A stretch of DNA of 64,000 nucleotides from NCBI GenBank assembly GCA_900319235.1, contig ONNR01000002.1, forward strand, positions 165,424-229,423, read 5' to 3'. The stretch comes from an uncultured Prevotellaceae bacterium. GTDB taxonomy: Bacteria > Bacteroidota > Bacteroidia > Bacteroidales > UBA3663. Numbering within the stretch: the stretch's first letter is position 1; each line of letters opens with the position of its first letter. The translations under genes were made by a program, and so were the position numbers. This document shows positions 1 through 10,005 of the stretch, piece by piece. The notes under the pieces were generated by a model that had not been told where the DNA came from, did no database searches, and saw only the letters and a list, made by a program, of their open reading frames with translations.

Positions 1-771
1 GTGGGCTATTGCTTCCGTGAGGATTACGAGGGCAAATCGACTGAGGTCATTTCGAGCTTTGCTGTCGATGCTAACCAGAATGTGGGAGGCAATGAGTTCT
101 GGCTCTACTCACAGGGTGAATGGGATATGGCCAAGTATGGCTGCACTGCCTATGGTGCTCGCGGATACTGCTTCAACGAAGAGGCCTTGAACCGCTATGA
201 GGCTGGTGACGAGCGCCTGGAGCTTCTGGAATATGGTCCACAGTTCGACCTGAACGGCAATATGATCGATGCCGCTGGCAATGTCGTTACCAATCCTGCA
301 GACCAGCTCGTCCTGAAACCCATGACCAACAAGCGTGACTCGAAGACCGACGAGGGTTACATCGTACTGAAATATACCCCAGTGGGAGGAACAACCAAGG
401 GCAATTCGCTCAACAACGACTATGTGCTTGATCGTTATTCAAACGTCCTGCTGCTGAAGTGCGAAGCACTGGTTCGCCAGAACAAGGACCTCAATACTGC
501 ACTGAGCCTGATCAACCAGGTGCGCAACCGTTCGGAACTGCGTGACCTCACTGCTGCCGAGCTTACCCTCGACAACATCGAGCGCGAACGTGCCAACGAG
601 TTCATCTGGGAAGGCCAGCGTCGTCGCGACATGCAGCGCTTCGGTTCGTTCTTCACCGCTACCAACTGGTGGAAACCAACACCCGATGCCACCCGCGACA
701 CCCAGTTCTACCCAATTCCTGCCCAGCAGATCGCTGCCAACCCGAATCTGAAGCAGAACCCCGGTTATTGA
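1..771 (+). CDS. RagB/SusD family lipoprotein, C-terminal part (5' truncated by window edge)
   Basis: SusD C-terminal motifs RYSNVLLLKCEA, INQVRNRS, ERANEFIWEGQRRRD and YPIP..QI..NPNLKQNPGY. Confidence 0.92.
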   Translation: MGYCFREDYEGKSTEVISSFAVDANQNVGGNEFWLYSQGEWDMAKYGCTAYGARGYCFNEEALNRYEAGDERLELLEYGPQFDLNGNMIDAAGNVVTNPADQLVLKPMTNKRDSKTDEGYIVLKYTPVGGTTKGNSLNNDYVLDRYSNVLLLKCEALVRQNKDLNTALSLINQVRNRSELRDLTAAELTLDNIERERANEFIWEGQRRRDMQRFGSFFTATNWWKPTPDATRDTQFYPIPAQQIAANPNLKQNPGY

Positions 772-781
772 TTTTCCTTGA

Positions 782-1924
782 ATGAAAACAACCGCCTTAT
801 TGGCTGCATTGGCTGTCGCGTTGACGACAGCCAATGCACAGCCTTTTCTCGACTATGGCTTCGAGCGCGAGTTTCCTGCTTGCCTCGACCAGATGCAGGA
901 GACACTGACCTATCCGATGGCTTGGGGCAACAGCCCCATCAAGTCATTTGACCTTTGGAGGGTCGAAGCACGGCACTGTGTGCTCGATGCGATGCAGCTG
1001 GCACCACCTGTCTCGACTGACTACCAGCTGGAAGTGGTGGCAACGGAAAGGCGCGAGGGCTACGAGGCACGCAAGCTAAGATTCAACCTTTCGGCCTTTA
1101 CACGGGCAGAAGCGTATTACCTGGTGCCCGAGGGCAAGGGACCATTCCCCACAGTCATTCTTTTGCATGACCACGGGGGACACTATATGATCGGAAAAGA
1201 GAAGATGGTGCGCCCCTTTGCCTGTGCAGACTCCATCGTACAGGATGCCGAATGGTGGCAGACGCAATGCTACGGCGGGCAGTATGTGGGCGATTACCTT
1301 GCAAGGCAGGGATATGCCGTCTTTGTGACCGATGCACTCTACTGGGGTGACCGAGGACGACGTGAAGGACGTCGAGTGGACACCCACATGCGCATGGCAG
1401 GCAACCTGATGGAACTGGGTTATTGCTGGAGCGGTATCATCACCTACGACGACATCTATACGGCAGACTTTGTGGCCACTTTGCCGGAGGTTGACAAGGA
1501 ACGCATCGGCTGCATGGGACATTCGATGGGCGGCTACCGCACCTGGATGCTTGCGGCGATGAGTGACAAGGTGAAGGCGGGGGTTGCCGTCTGCTGGATG
1601 GTGACCACCGACGTACAGTGCTCGTGGAAATACGGCAACGAGTTTGGCGGTTTTGCCAATACATTGCCTGGCATCAAACGCTATCTGGACTATCCTCACA
1701 TCGCATCAATGGCTTGTCCGAAGGCAATGTACTTTATCAACGGACAGCATGACAAACTCTTCCATCCCGAGGGTGTGCAGAAGGCATACGACTACATGCA
1801 CAGCGTGTGGGATGGACAGGGCGCAGGCGACAAGCTCAAGACCGAGCTGTGGGATATGTCGCATTGGTGCGGTCCTGAAGTTCAGCAGGCTGCCAAGGCA
1901 TTTTTGGACGAAAACTTGAAATGA
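782..1924 (+). CDS. Secreted alpha/beta hydrolase (dienelactone hydrolase / carbohydrate esterase-like)
   Basis: Signal peptide, LHDHGG motif, nucleophile elbow GHSMGG, NGQHDKLF acid, C-terminal His; directly follows susD. Confidence 0.8.
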   Translation: MKTTALLAALAVALTTANAQPFLDYGFEREFPACLDQMQETLTYPMAWGNSPIKSFDLWRVEARHCVLDAMQLAPPVSTDYQLEVVATERREGYEARKLRFNLSAFTRAEAYYLVPEGKGPFPTVILLHDHGGHYMIGKEKMVRPFACADSIVQDAEWWQTQCYGGQYVGDYLARQGYAVFVTDALYWGDRGRREGRRVDTHMRMAGNLMELGYCWSGIITYDDIYTADFVATLPEVDKERIGCMGHSMGGYRTWMLAAMSDKVKAGVAVCWMVTTDVQCSWKYGNEFGGFANTLPGIKRYLDYPHIASMACPKAMYFINGQHDKLFHPEGVQKAYDYMHSVWDGQGAGDKLKTELWDMSHWCGPEVQQAAKAFLDENLK

Positions 1925-2022
1925 TTGGTGTTTTAAATAGATAATAATATGTGTGTATAGTATAAAATATCGTTAGTTAAAGAAATCATTTTTACTCACA
2001 AAAGGACCAGCAGTGGCGCGAG

Positions 2023-5000
2023 CTACGGCTGGTTTTTTCGATTCTTCCATTCGGTGGCCGTCATCTGATAGTACGCCTTGAACGCCTTGCCGAAGTAATG
2101 AGGGTCGTTGTAGCCCACTTCGTAGGCCACCTCTGCTATGTTAAGCTGACCGTCGTCGATAAGTTCGGCAGCGCGTTTCATGCGAGCATCGCGCAGCAGG
2201 TCGCTGGGAGTCTGGCCCAGGAGGGCCTTGATCTTCTTGTTGTAGGCGCTACGGCTCATACTGGTGGCTTGTGCCATATCGTCGACCGAATAGTCGGCAT
2301 TGGCAAGATTCTGCTGCATGTCGGCGATGACCGTATCGATGAACCGCTGGTCGGCAGGAGAGAGAAGCTCGGCGGAAATGACAGGTTGAGGAGTAAGGTT
2401 CTCCTTCATTGCCGTGTAATGAGGAGCGACAGCTGCTGACAGACGGTGCTGATAGTACTGCTGGAGGAGAAGTCGTTTCTGCAGGATGTTCTCGACACGG
2501 GCCATGAGGTAGGATGCGCTGAATGGTTTGGTGATGTAGTCGTCGATACCAGAGCGAAGTCCTTCGAGCTTGTTGTCGGTATCGGCCAAGGCAGTCAGGA
2601 GGATGAGGGGAATGTGGCATAAGCCTGGGTCCTGACGCATGCGTTGGGCCAATCCGAAGCCGTCAAGGCCCGGCATCATGACATCGCTGATGACGATGTC
2701 GGGCATCAGTTCGGTTGCTTTTTGCAGACCTTCGATGCCATCGGCCGCCTCATACACCTGGTACTTCGAGGCGAAGATCTGACGAATGAACCGACGCAGT
2801 TCGTCATTGTCCTCTACAACGAGCAAGGTCATGTCGGAGTTGACAGTGGTGGTTTCGGCATTGGGAAGAATGGCTTCGGAAGGCGTGACGTTCAGGTTGT
2901 CGCTGACAATGAATTCAGTGTCGGGAGCGAAGTGCTCGCGACCGGTGTGCAGATAGATGGTGAAGCACGTTCCGACGTTGGGCTGGCTGTGGACGGTGAT
3001 TTGCCCGTGATGCAGATCGACTAGTTCCTTGGTCAGGGACAGGCCGATGCCGGTACTTTCCATGCCCGATGGCGTATGTCGCAATTTGCTGCCGAAACGT
3101 TCGAAGAGATGCTGCAGTCCCTCGCGATTGATGCCTACGCCATAGTCGCGTACAGAGAGGATAGCCTTGCCCTTGGCCTCTTCGACAGTGACGCGGATAG
3201 GATGACCGGTGTGGGAGAACTTGAAGGCATTGCTCAGGAGGTTGCTTACCACTTGTGCAAGCTTGTCGGGGTCGGCCCAGATGGGGAGAGTGTCCACCTT
3301 GTGTTCGTAGATAAGGTCAATCTGCATGGTCTGAGCCAGCAGACGGAAGTCGTTGACCTGACGAGCCACGAAGGGGACGAAGTCGAAGTTTTCGACCGTG
3401 AGTGTCATCTTGCCGTTCTGTATCTTGCGGAAGTCGAGGATCTGGCTGACGAGATGTGACATTTTGGTAGCGTTGCTCGAGACGATGCCAAGTTGTTCGG
3501 CAAGTTCGGGCGTCAGGTCCTTGCGTTGCAGGATGTGCTCCAAAGGGCCGGTGATGAGGGTCAGAGGCGTGCGCAGTTCGTGAGAGACATTGGTGAAGAA
3601 CTTCAGCTTCATGTTGGTCAATTGCTCTTCGACCTTGACCTGATGCTTGAGGCGATAGATGACGATGGCGATGCCTATGATGAGAGCCAGTAGCGCCAAG
3701 GCAGCCAAAAACTTCAAAGTGGTAGCTAAATTTGTTTCGCCGAACGTGGGCTTTACTTCGACAGGCAGGCTTCGGACATTATCGACCCAGAATCCTCCAC
3801 TGTTGGTTGAACGCACTTCGAGCTGATATTGGCCGGGCGAGAGGTTGGTGTAGGTGGCGGTGTGGCCGGTACCCACGTAGGTCCAATCGTCGTCGAATCC
3901 CTTGAGGCGGTAGGCGTAGGTGATGACTTCGGGTGCTACGTAATCGAGGGCTGCAAAGCGTGCCACAAAACTGCGCTGCCCCGGTTGGAGCAGAATGGAG
4001 TCGTTGTTGAAGTGAATGGGCGGTACGAACTGGTCGATGTCAAGCGAACGGGGGTGGAAGTGCAGGAGTCCGCGTGTAGTGTTGAACAGCAATTCTCCAT
4101 TTTGAAGCGGGATGGCCTGACCCTCGTTGATGGTGAAACGAATGGGGAAGAGACGTGCACGGTAATTGGTTATGTTGCCCGACAGGAGATTGTAGCTGAA
4201 GAGCCCGTCTTCGGTAGCACACCAGAGCAGATTGCCTTTGGTCTCGTCGGAGGAAAGGCTACTGCGGTCCTGCAGCATAGAGAGCACTACATCACCGGTT
4301 TCGCCCTGTTCGGGGCTTCCCAAACGTTGGAATGTCGCGGTACCGTCGGATGCGAGCTTCATCTCGCTGAGACCTCCTCCAAAGGTGCAGATGAAACTAC
4401 GGCCGTCGTTGGTGAAGCAGATGCCATGTACGTCATCGCTGTTTAGTGTTGTCGGGTCGTTCTTGTCGTGGTGATAACGATGGAAAGAGACCTTGTCGGG
4501 AGATATGAAGTTCTCGGCGCAGGAAAGGAGTCCACCGGTGGTGCCTATCCAGATATTGCCCTGCCGGTCGCCCGTGATGAAACGAGCGCGATAACATGAG
4601 ATAAGGGGGTAAGAGGTGAGCTTATTGCGTGTACTGAAGAAACGGGAGGGAATACCTTGTTCGTCGCGTTCCAAGATGTTGATGCCATTTTGGAAGGTGG
4701 CTATCCAGATTCGACCGCTTGAACTTTCGTAGAGACTGTAAATCTCGTTGCTGCTGAGGCTGTAGATGTTGTCGTCGGATGATGTGAACTGACGGAGCTG
4801 GAAGGAGAGACCCTTGGAGTTTGAGGTCTTGTTTTTAGAAGGAGTGAGCATAAAGAGACCATTGCCCTTCGTGCCAATCCATATCGTTCCATCGCGGCTC
4901 TGCAGGAATCCGTATGCCAAGCCCAGACCGTCTTCCCTGTCCGTGCGTATACTGCCATCGCGGCATAGGTTGCCTACAAATCGAAAGTTGGAGTCATAGA

Positions 5001-6399
5001 CTCGAACCACACGGTCTTTGCATCCTGCCCAGATATAACCGTCGCTGTCCTGCAGAATGGCGCGAATGTTGTTGCCTGCAAAATCAAGTGCTTTACGGTC
5101 ATAACTCTCAACGGCGAAGGGGTATTGGCCGAATGAGACTTTCTCCAAACCATTGCCATAGGAGCCAAACCACAGGTTACCTTGGCTGTCGCTGTAGAGG
5201 GAGGTGAGTTTGTTGGCATTGCTCCAGCGATTCTGCAGATTGGGATTGTAGAATGGCACGAGTTCATCCTTGTCGCGGTCGTACCAAGCCAATCCACCAC
5301 CAGAGGGATGTATCCAAAGCTGGCCATCGACGTCTTCGACAACCATTTGGTCTTCGCGAGAATCGATTATTTCATAGCCATAGACACCGTGAAGGATGAA
5401 GTGTCGGGCAGAGTCGTTCGTAGGGTCAAAATGAACGACACCCGTCTTGTAGGTGCGTATCCACAATTGGCCCAATCGGTCGATGTAGATGTCGTGAATG
5501 GAATTGTCGCCCAGCGCCTTGCAATTGGCTGTAGTTATGTGTCTTGCTTTGTCGAGCGGCAGAGGAACGAGGAAGAAACCATCGGTTGCCGTGCAGGCTA
5601 CAAGGCCTCCCGAGGGGTGATGGCGCAGAAGCTTGATGGAGGAACGGGTATCGAGTTGGAGGGTCTTCACCTCACGATCGCCTTTGCGGATATACTGAAT
5701 CTTGCCATCTCTTGAACCTATGTAATAGATGCTATCGGTTTCGACAAACTCGTAGCAGGTCTGGTTGGTGATGATTGACACCTTGTCGGTTGTCGGATCG
5801 TAGCGGAAGCCACCCTCTTCGGTAAGTATCCAATGGCGGCCCTGACTGTCCATCTTCAGATCGTTGATGCGAGAAGGCTTCATCAGGTCGTAGGATGCAA
5901 AGAAGTCGCGTACGGAAACCTCCTTGTTTGCCGAGTCCCTTTGTGCTATCAACAGTTCCTGCTGCTGCGTGATGAGCCATGTCGTGCCGTCATCCATCAG
6001 CGTCAACGTTTTGACCTGATGAGCTTCGGAGGAAATTTGTTCGAACTGCTCCAGGCGTGGCTCGAAAGTATAGGCAATGCCATCGTAGGACACCATCCAT
6101 AGATATCCGTAGCGGTCCTCAGCCAGTTGGTCGAGGCGGCTATTGGTGGGTTTGATGCCATTGGGACCTGCCTCGAAGCGACGGAACTTGTAGCCGTCGT
6201 AGTTGTATAGCCCATCCCATGTGGCAAACCACATCAGGCCCTGATGGTCCTGCAGGATGTTCTGCACCACGTATTCCTCCAGACCGTCTTCGGAGGTGTA
6301 CTGGGTGAATTTGTGGGCAGGCAGAGCAAGGGCTGCATCAATGATGGAGACATACAGAAGCAGTGCGGCAAAAAGATGCTTGGGGAAAGATGCTATCAT
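2023..6399 (-). CDS. Hybrid two-component system (propeller/Y_Y_Y sensor, His kinase, receiver, AraC HTH)
   Basis: ILQDHQGLMWFATWDGL-type repeats, YTNLSPGQY, FFTNVSHELRTPLTLI, GIGLSL, DVMMPGLDG, AraC C-terminus; start reassigned to ATG 6399 (signal peptide MIASFPKHLF). Confidence 0.95.
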   Translation of the reverse strand: MIASFPKHLFAALLLYVSIIDAALALPAHKFTQYTSEDGLEEYVVQNILQDHQGLMWFATWDGLYNYDGYKFRRFEAGPNGIKPTNSRLDQLAEDRYGYLWMVSYDGIAYTFEPRLEQFEQISSEAHQVKTLTLMDDGTTWLITQQQELLIAQRDSANKEVSVRDFFASYDLMKPSRINDLKMDSQGRHWILTEEGGFRYDPTTDKVSIITNQTCYEFVETDSIYYIGSRDGKIQYIRKGDREVKTLQLDTRSSIKLLRHHPSGGLVACTATDGFFLVPLPLDKARHITTANCKALGDNSIHDIYIDRLGQLWIRTYKTGVVHFDPTNDSARHFILHGVYGYEIIDSREDQMVVEDVDGQLWIHPSGGGLAWYDRDKDELVPFYNPNLQNRWSNANKLTSLYSDSQGNLWFGSYGNGLEKVSFGQYPFAVESYDRKALDFAGNNIRAILQDSDGYIWAGCKDRVVRVYDSNFRFVGNLCRDGSIRTDREDGLGLAYGFLQSRDGTIWIGTKGNGLFMLTPSKNKTSNSKGLSFQLRQFTSSDDNIYSLSSNEIYSLYESSSGRIWIATFQNGINILERDEQGIPSRFFSTRNKLTSYPLISCYRARFITGDRQGNIWIGTTGGLLSCAENFISPDKVSFHRYHHDKNDPTTLNSDDVHGICFTNDGRSFICTFGGGLSEMKLASDGTATFQRLGSPEQGETGDVVLSMLQDRSSLSSDETKGNLLWCATEDGLFSYNLLSGNITNYRARLFPIRFTINEGQAIPLQNGELLFNTTRGLLHFHPRSLDIDQFVPPIHFNNDSILLQPGQRSFVARFAALDYVAPEVITYAYRLKGFDDDWTYVGTGHTATYTNLSPGQYQLEVRSTNSGGFWVDNVRSLPVEVKPTFGETNLATTLKFLAALALLALIIGIAIVIYRLKHQVKVEEQLTNMKLKFFTNVSHELRTPLTLITGPLEHILQRKDLTPELAEQLGIVSSNATKMSHLVSQILDFRKIQNGKMTLTVENFDFVPFVARQVNDFRLLAQTMQIDLIYEHKVDTLPIWADPDKLAQVVSNLLSNAFKFSHTGHPIRVTVEEAKGKAILSVRDYGVGINREGLQHLFERFGSKLRHTPSGMESTGIGLSLTKELVDLHHGQITVHSQPNVGTCFTIYLHTGREHFAPDTEFIVSDNLNVTPSEAILPNAETTTVNSDMTLLVVEDNDELRRFIRQIFASKYQVYEAADGIEGLQKATELMPDIVISDVMMPGLDGFGLAQRMRQDPGLCHIPLILLTALADTDNKLEGLRSGIDDYITKPFSASYLMARVENILQKRLLLQQYYQHRLSAAVAPHYTAMKENLTPQPVISAELLSPADQRFIDTVIADMQQNLANADYSVDDMAQATSMSRSAYNKKIKALLGQTPSDLLRDARMKRAAELIDDGQLNIAEVAYEVGYNDPHYFGKAFKAYYQMTATEWKNRKNQP

Positions 6400-6573
6400 T
6401 GTGTGAATCGTTATCAGATGTGAAGAACGTAACTCGTTGAAATGTGCGCCGCAAAAATAATGAATTCTTTTGAGAAAAACAAGCTTTCGCAGAGTTTTAA
6501 AGTTTTTCTTCGTATTTTGTTGCTTTTTGACGAAAAATTGCGTATCTTTGTGGCTTGAAAGTTTATTTTTTGT

Positions 6574-7959
6574 ATGGAGTATTATATTATAATAGGTGTA
6601 GTTTGCCTTGTCGTGCTGCTTGTGATGGTTGCACTGGTGGCTCATCACGTTGGGAAGGGCAAGGTGGAGTCGCAACTGGCTATTGCCAATAGAGAGAAGG
6701 AGCTGCTGGGACAGCGATTGACAGAGCTGAAGGAGATTTCGACCCGTGTGCTGGCTGATCAGAAAGACGAAGCCGCCAAACGACTGGACGAGGCGAAGGC
6801 TGAGGCTCGTGACCTGCTTGAACGAACAAAGGCTGAACAGACAGAGGCACTGGAGCGCATGGAACAGCGTCATCGTGAGGAGAAGCATCAGATGCAGGAA
6901 CGCTATCAGGCTCAATTCAATGTGCTGCATGAATTGCAGGAGCAGCAGATGAGTGCACTGAGCAATCAGATGCAGAATGCGACCCAGAAGCTTCTTGAGG
7001 AACGACAGGCGGCCCTTGAACAAGGGAACACGAGGCAGATGGATGCCCTGTTGACACCGCTGCGCGAGAAGTTGGCCGAGATGAAGAATGCCTTTGAGGA
7101 GAGCAGGGAGAGCAACCACCGAAATTCGGCTGCGTTCGAGACGCAGATGAAGGCAATGCTCGACGGGACACTGCGGCTTGGCACAGAAGCCCAGCGTCTG
7201 ACCGAGGCGCTAATCGGCAACGGAAAGGTGCAAGGCGACTGGGGCGAGCAGCTGCTGGCCACGATCCTGGAGAACAGTGGTCTGCGCGAAGGCAGCGAGT
7301 ACGAGGTGCAGGAGAACGTGAAGGACGAGGAGGGCAACAACCTGCGCCCCGACGTGGTGGTGCATTGTTCGGACGGGCGTAACATCGTGATTGACTCGAA
7401 GGTGTCGCTGACCGGCTATTATAACTACGTGAATGCGACAAATGAGACCGAACGACAGCAGGCTGAACGTGACAATCTGGTGTCGATAAAGACGCACATC
7501 CGCGAACTTGCCGACAAGAACTATAGCAAGCTCGTCCCCAATGCTGTGCCTACGGTGCTGATGTTTGTGCCCAACGAGGGCAGTTACATCCTTGCCATGC
7601 AGAAGGACAAGAACCTCGCCAACGAGGCTTTTCGCAAAGGTGTGTTGCTCATCAACCCGACAAACCTGATGCTTGCCTTGACGTTGATCTACCAGTTGTG
7701 GAAGATCGAACATCGCGAAGAGGACGACCGACGCATCGTCGAGACGGCAACCGTACTCTACGAGAAATTCTGCGTGTTTGCAGAGACCTTCGAGAAGGTC
7801 GGTGCACAATTGCAGACAGCCCAAAGGAGCTACGACCTCGCCAAGTCGCAATTGAACGAAGGACGTGGCAACATCATCAAGCGTCTTGATTCATTGCAGA
7901 ACATGGGTGTCAATTCGGGCAAGCAAATCCCTTCGAAGTTGAGAGAAGACCTCCAATAA
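6574..7959 (+). CDS. rmuC: DNA recombination protein RmuC
   Basis: N-terminal TM and coiled coil, GDWGE..L..ILE.SGL, RPDVVV, IVIDSKVSL, MFVPNEG; TATCTTTG promoter element upstream. Confidence 0.93.
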   Translation: MEYYIIIGVVCLVVLLVMVALVAHHVGKGKVESQLAIANREKELLGQRLTELKEISTRVLADQKDEAAKRLDEAKAEARDLLERTKAEQTEALERMEQRHREEKHQMQERYQAQFNVLHELQEQQMSALSNQMQNATQKLLEERQAALEQGNTRQMDALLTPLREKLAEMKNAFEESRESNHRNSAAFETQMKAMLDGTLRLGTEAQRLTEALIGNGKVQGDWGEQLLATILENSGLREGSEYEVQENVKDEEGNNLRPDVVVHCSDGRNIVIDSKVSLTGYYNYVNATNETERQQAERDNLVSIKTHIRELADKNYSKLVPNAVPTVLMFVPNEGSYILAMQKDKNLANEAFRKGVLLINPTNLMLALTLIYQLWKIEHREEDDRRIVETATVLYEKFCVFAETFEKVGAQLQTAQRSYDLAKSQLNEGRGNIIKRLDSLQNMGVNSGKQIPSKLREDLQ

Positions 7960-8110
7960 TCCCTGCTTAGGGGAACTTTTGGGGTAAATTGGGTGAAAAT
8001 GGTGATGGATTTCTGTCCATTTTATATATAATTTTGTACAGGAACCATCTTTTTTATCATTTGCAACAAAAGTTACATACGCTTGGAGCTTTTTTCGCTA
8101 ATTTTGCACC

Positions 8111-8273
8111 GCCGAAAGGAGGATGGGTAATCCCCCAATCGTTAACAAACAAGAATGTTTTTATCGCAAGGTTTAGTTATACATTCGATGTTTATTAATG
8201 GTATTAGTTTTATTCTAAGGTATAGATAGTGTTATTATAGGATAAACTGACCGTGAGGCCAGTTTATTTTTTT
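8111..8273 (+). ncRNA. Candidate small non-coding RNA
   Basis: TAATTTTG -7 element at 8099-8106, about 160 nt without a credible ORF, hairpin ATAAACTG..CAGTTTAT plus T-run at 8242-8273. Confidence 0.5.
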
Positions 8274-8339
8274 GTGGTAGCTGACCCTCTAAATCCCCCT
8301 GCTTAGGGGGACTTTTTTAGCAGGTCCTGATTATTTAGA

Positions 8340-8882
8340 TTATTCTGACATAGCCTGGTCGAGCTTCTTCTGCTGGTCGCCGTTCCAGTAGGCGCAGTCG
8401 AGCTGGAAGAAGGTGGTGGTGTAGGGCATGGTGAGCGGAGTCTTGATGATGACGATGTTGTATAGACGACCTGCTTCGTCGAGGCGGGCAATGAGTTGCT
8501 CGTGAGGCACACTTTGCACTTCGTCGCCACAGATACTGTCCATTTTGGCACGCAGGGTGGAAATGCCTTCGACGTCTTCATCGGTGAGGAAATTGAGTTC
8601 CTTGTCACGATAGACGTGCGCAAAGACATGTGGAGAATCGTCGATCATCTGTTTCACTTCCTTCAGGACGGCAGGATAGGGTTCGTTGGCAAAGAGTGTT
8701 GTGATGCCCGAGCCTGACTGCCAGGGATAGGCCATGTCGGTGATGACGATCCAATTGCGATGACCTAAGTTAGGCATCATGTTGTAGAGCTGGAGATTCC
8801 ATCTTTCCGGGACGGGCTGTGACTGAGGATTCCTGCAGGAGGAGAGGAGGACGAGAAGGAGGAAGGGAAGGAGACGTTTCAT
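8340..8882 (-). CDS. RbsD/FucU family sugar mutarotase/pyranase with lipoprotein signal
   Basis: LGHRNWIVITDMAYP, VPHEQL, IIKT..TMPYT motifs; lipobox LLSSC. Confidence 0.75.
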   Translation of the reverse strand: MKRLLPFLLLVLLSSCRNPQSQPVPERWNLQLYNMMPNLGHRNWIVITDMAYPWQSGSGITTLFANEPYPAVLKEVKQMIDDSPHVFAHVYRDKELNFLTDEDVEGISTLRAKMDSICGDEVQSVPHEQLIARLDEAGRLYNIVIIKTPLTMPYTTTFFQLDCAYWNGDQQKKLDQAMSE

Positions 8883-9009
8883 AGGGTTAATGGGTTTTAA
8901 GGAGACCCTCTCGGTCCCCCTTAAAGGGGGAGGACTTGCTTGTTCGGGCTTGATTCTTCCCCCTATGCAGGAGGACTAGAGGGGGCCTTGGGTCTGGGGA
9001 TTATGGGAA

Positions 9010-10005
9010 TTAATGTTTCCTTTGATTCTTAGCTTTCTTGAGTTCCTTGCTGCGTGCTTCGTAGCGTGGACGCAGTTCGTCGATCTGGGATTTGTCCTTG
9101 CAGATTGTGTTGTACTTGGCCCAAACGCTTTCTACATAGGGTGTGTCGATCATCAAGAAGAAGAACATCAGGTGGGAGGAGATATTGTCGAGCATCTTCT
9201 GGTTCTGCGTGCGTCGGGTCAGTTCTTCGAGGGCAGGCATGGTAGCACTACCACCCTGGTTCTTCTTCTGCACGTGGCGGCCATAGGTGATCAAAAACTG
9301 CTGAAGTGCGTCTTCGTTGACGGGATTGTTGAAGTCGAGGGCATTGATGAAGTCCATGTAGGCGGTTTCGACCGAATCGAGGTTGGCATCGTGAGTGATG
9401 TAGTTCACGAGTCGTGCATTGTGGTTGATAGGATCGTAGACAGCGTTGTACTGATCGACGAAGGCTGGATTGCCTATCTCCTTGGCACGAATCAAGCGGT
9501 CGGCATAGAAACGGTCCACACTGTCCTTGAAGTCATGGAACGTAGCGAAATCACGAGGATCGACAGAAGCATTGTCGTTTACGAACTCGGATTCAGCTCG
9601 CAGGTCACCCCCGAAAGTGGGCTCGATGTCGAAAGAATTGTTGTCGGTCGGCTGGATTTGATGAAGATCTACGGTCAACGTTTTCCCTTTTTCGAGAAAG
9701 ACCGAGATGCGGTTTGTGCCTAAACCTGGACTATTGACGATGATGGAAGCAACGGTAGGCTTCACGACCGGTTGCTTGCGGCTGAAAGAGCCATCGCCAT
9801 CGACGGGGATTTCAGCCATGATGGACTGCTTTGCGTCGTCGGCAGTAATGCCCAGGAAAAGATGGCTGCCTGGTGACCATTGGTCGATGGAGCCTGTGAT
9901 GAGGGCATTCTCCTTGTCTGACTGACAACAGGTGAAGAAGGAGAGGAGAAGCCCTAAGCCTATCATCGTTCGAAGGGTGAGAGGCATAATCGATACGTAT
10001 TTCAT
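9010..10005 (-). CDS. Hypothetical lipoprotein
   Basis: Long ORF with hydrophobic N-terminus and FFTCC lipobox-like motif; start uncertain. Confidence 0.7.
   Translation of the reverse strand: MKYVSIMPLTLRTMIGLGLLLSFFTCCQSDKENALITGSIDQWSPGSHLFLGITADDAKQSIMAEIPVDGDGSFSRKQPVVKPTVASIIVNSPGLGTNRISVFLEKGKTLTVDLHQIQPTDNNSFDIEPTFGGDLRAESEFVNDNASVDPRDFATFHDFKDSVDRFYADRLIRAKEIGNPAFVDQYNAVYDPINHNARLVNYITHDANLDSVETAYMDFINALDFNNPVNEDALQQFLITYGRHVQKKNQGGSATMPALEELTRRTQNQKMLDNISSHLMFFFLMIDTPYVESVWAKYNTICKDKSQIDELRPRYEARSKELKKAKNQRKH

Larger units (their letters stand above)
7946..8990. repeat. Dispersed REP-like palindromic family, 4 copies (approx. 7946-7980, 8283-8315, 8904-8937, inverted 8956-8990)
   Basis: Shared pattern GACCCTCTAAATCCCCCTGCTTAGGGGGACTT with a CCCC/GGGG stem. 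Confidence 0.65.

Noticed and set aside
6400-7119. N-terminal extension of the HTCS to 1698 aa
   Set aside because: It overlaps rmuC antisense and the AT-rich divergent promoter region; the signal peptide begins at 6399.
7989-8198. 69-aa ORF in the rmuC downstream gap
   Set aside because: TTG start, AT-rich, and runs through a promoter element; an RNA interpretation fits better.
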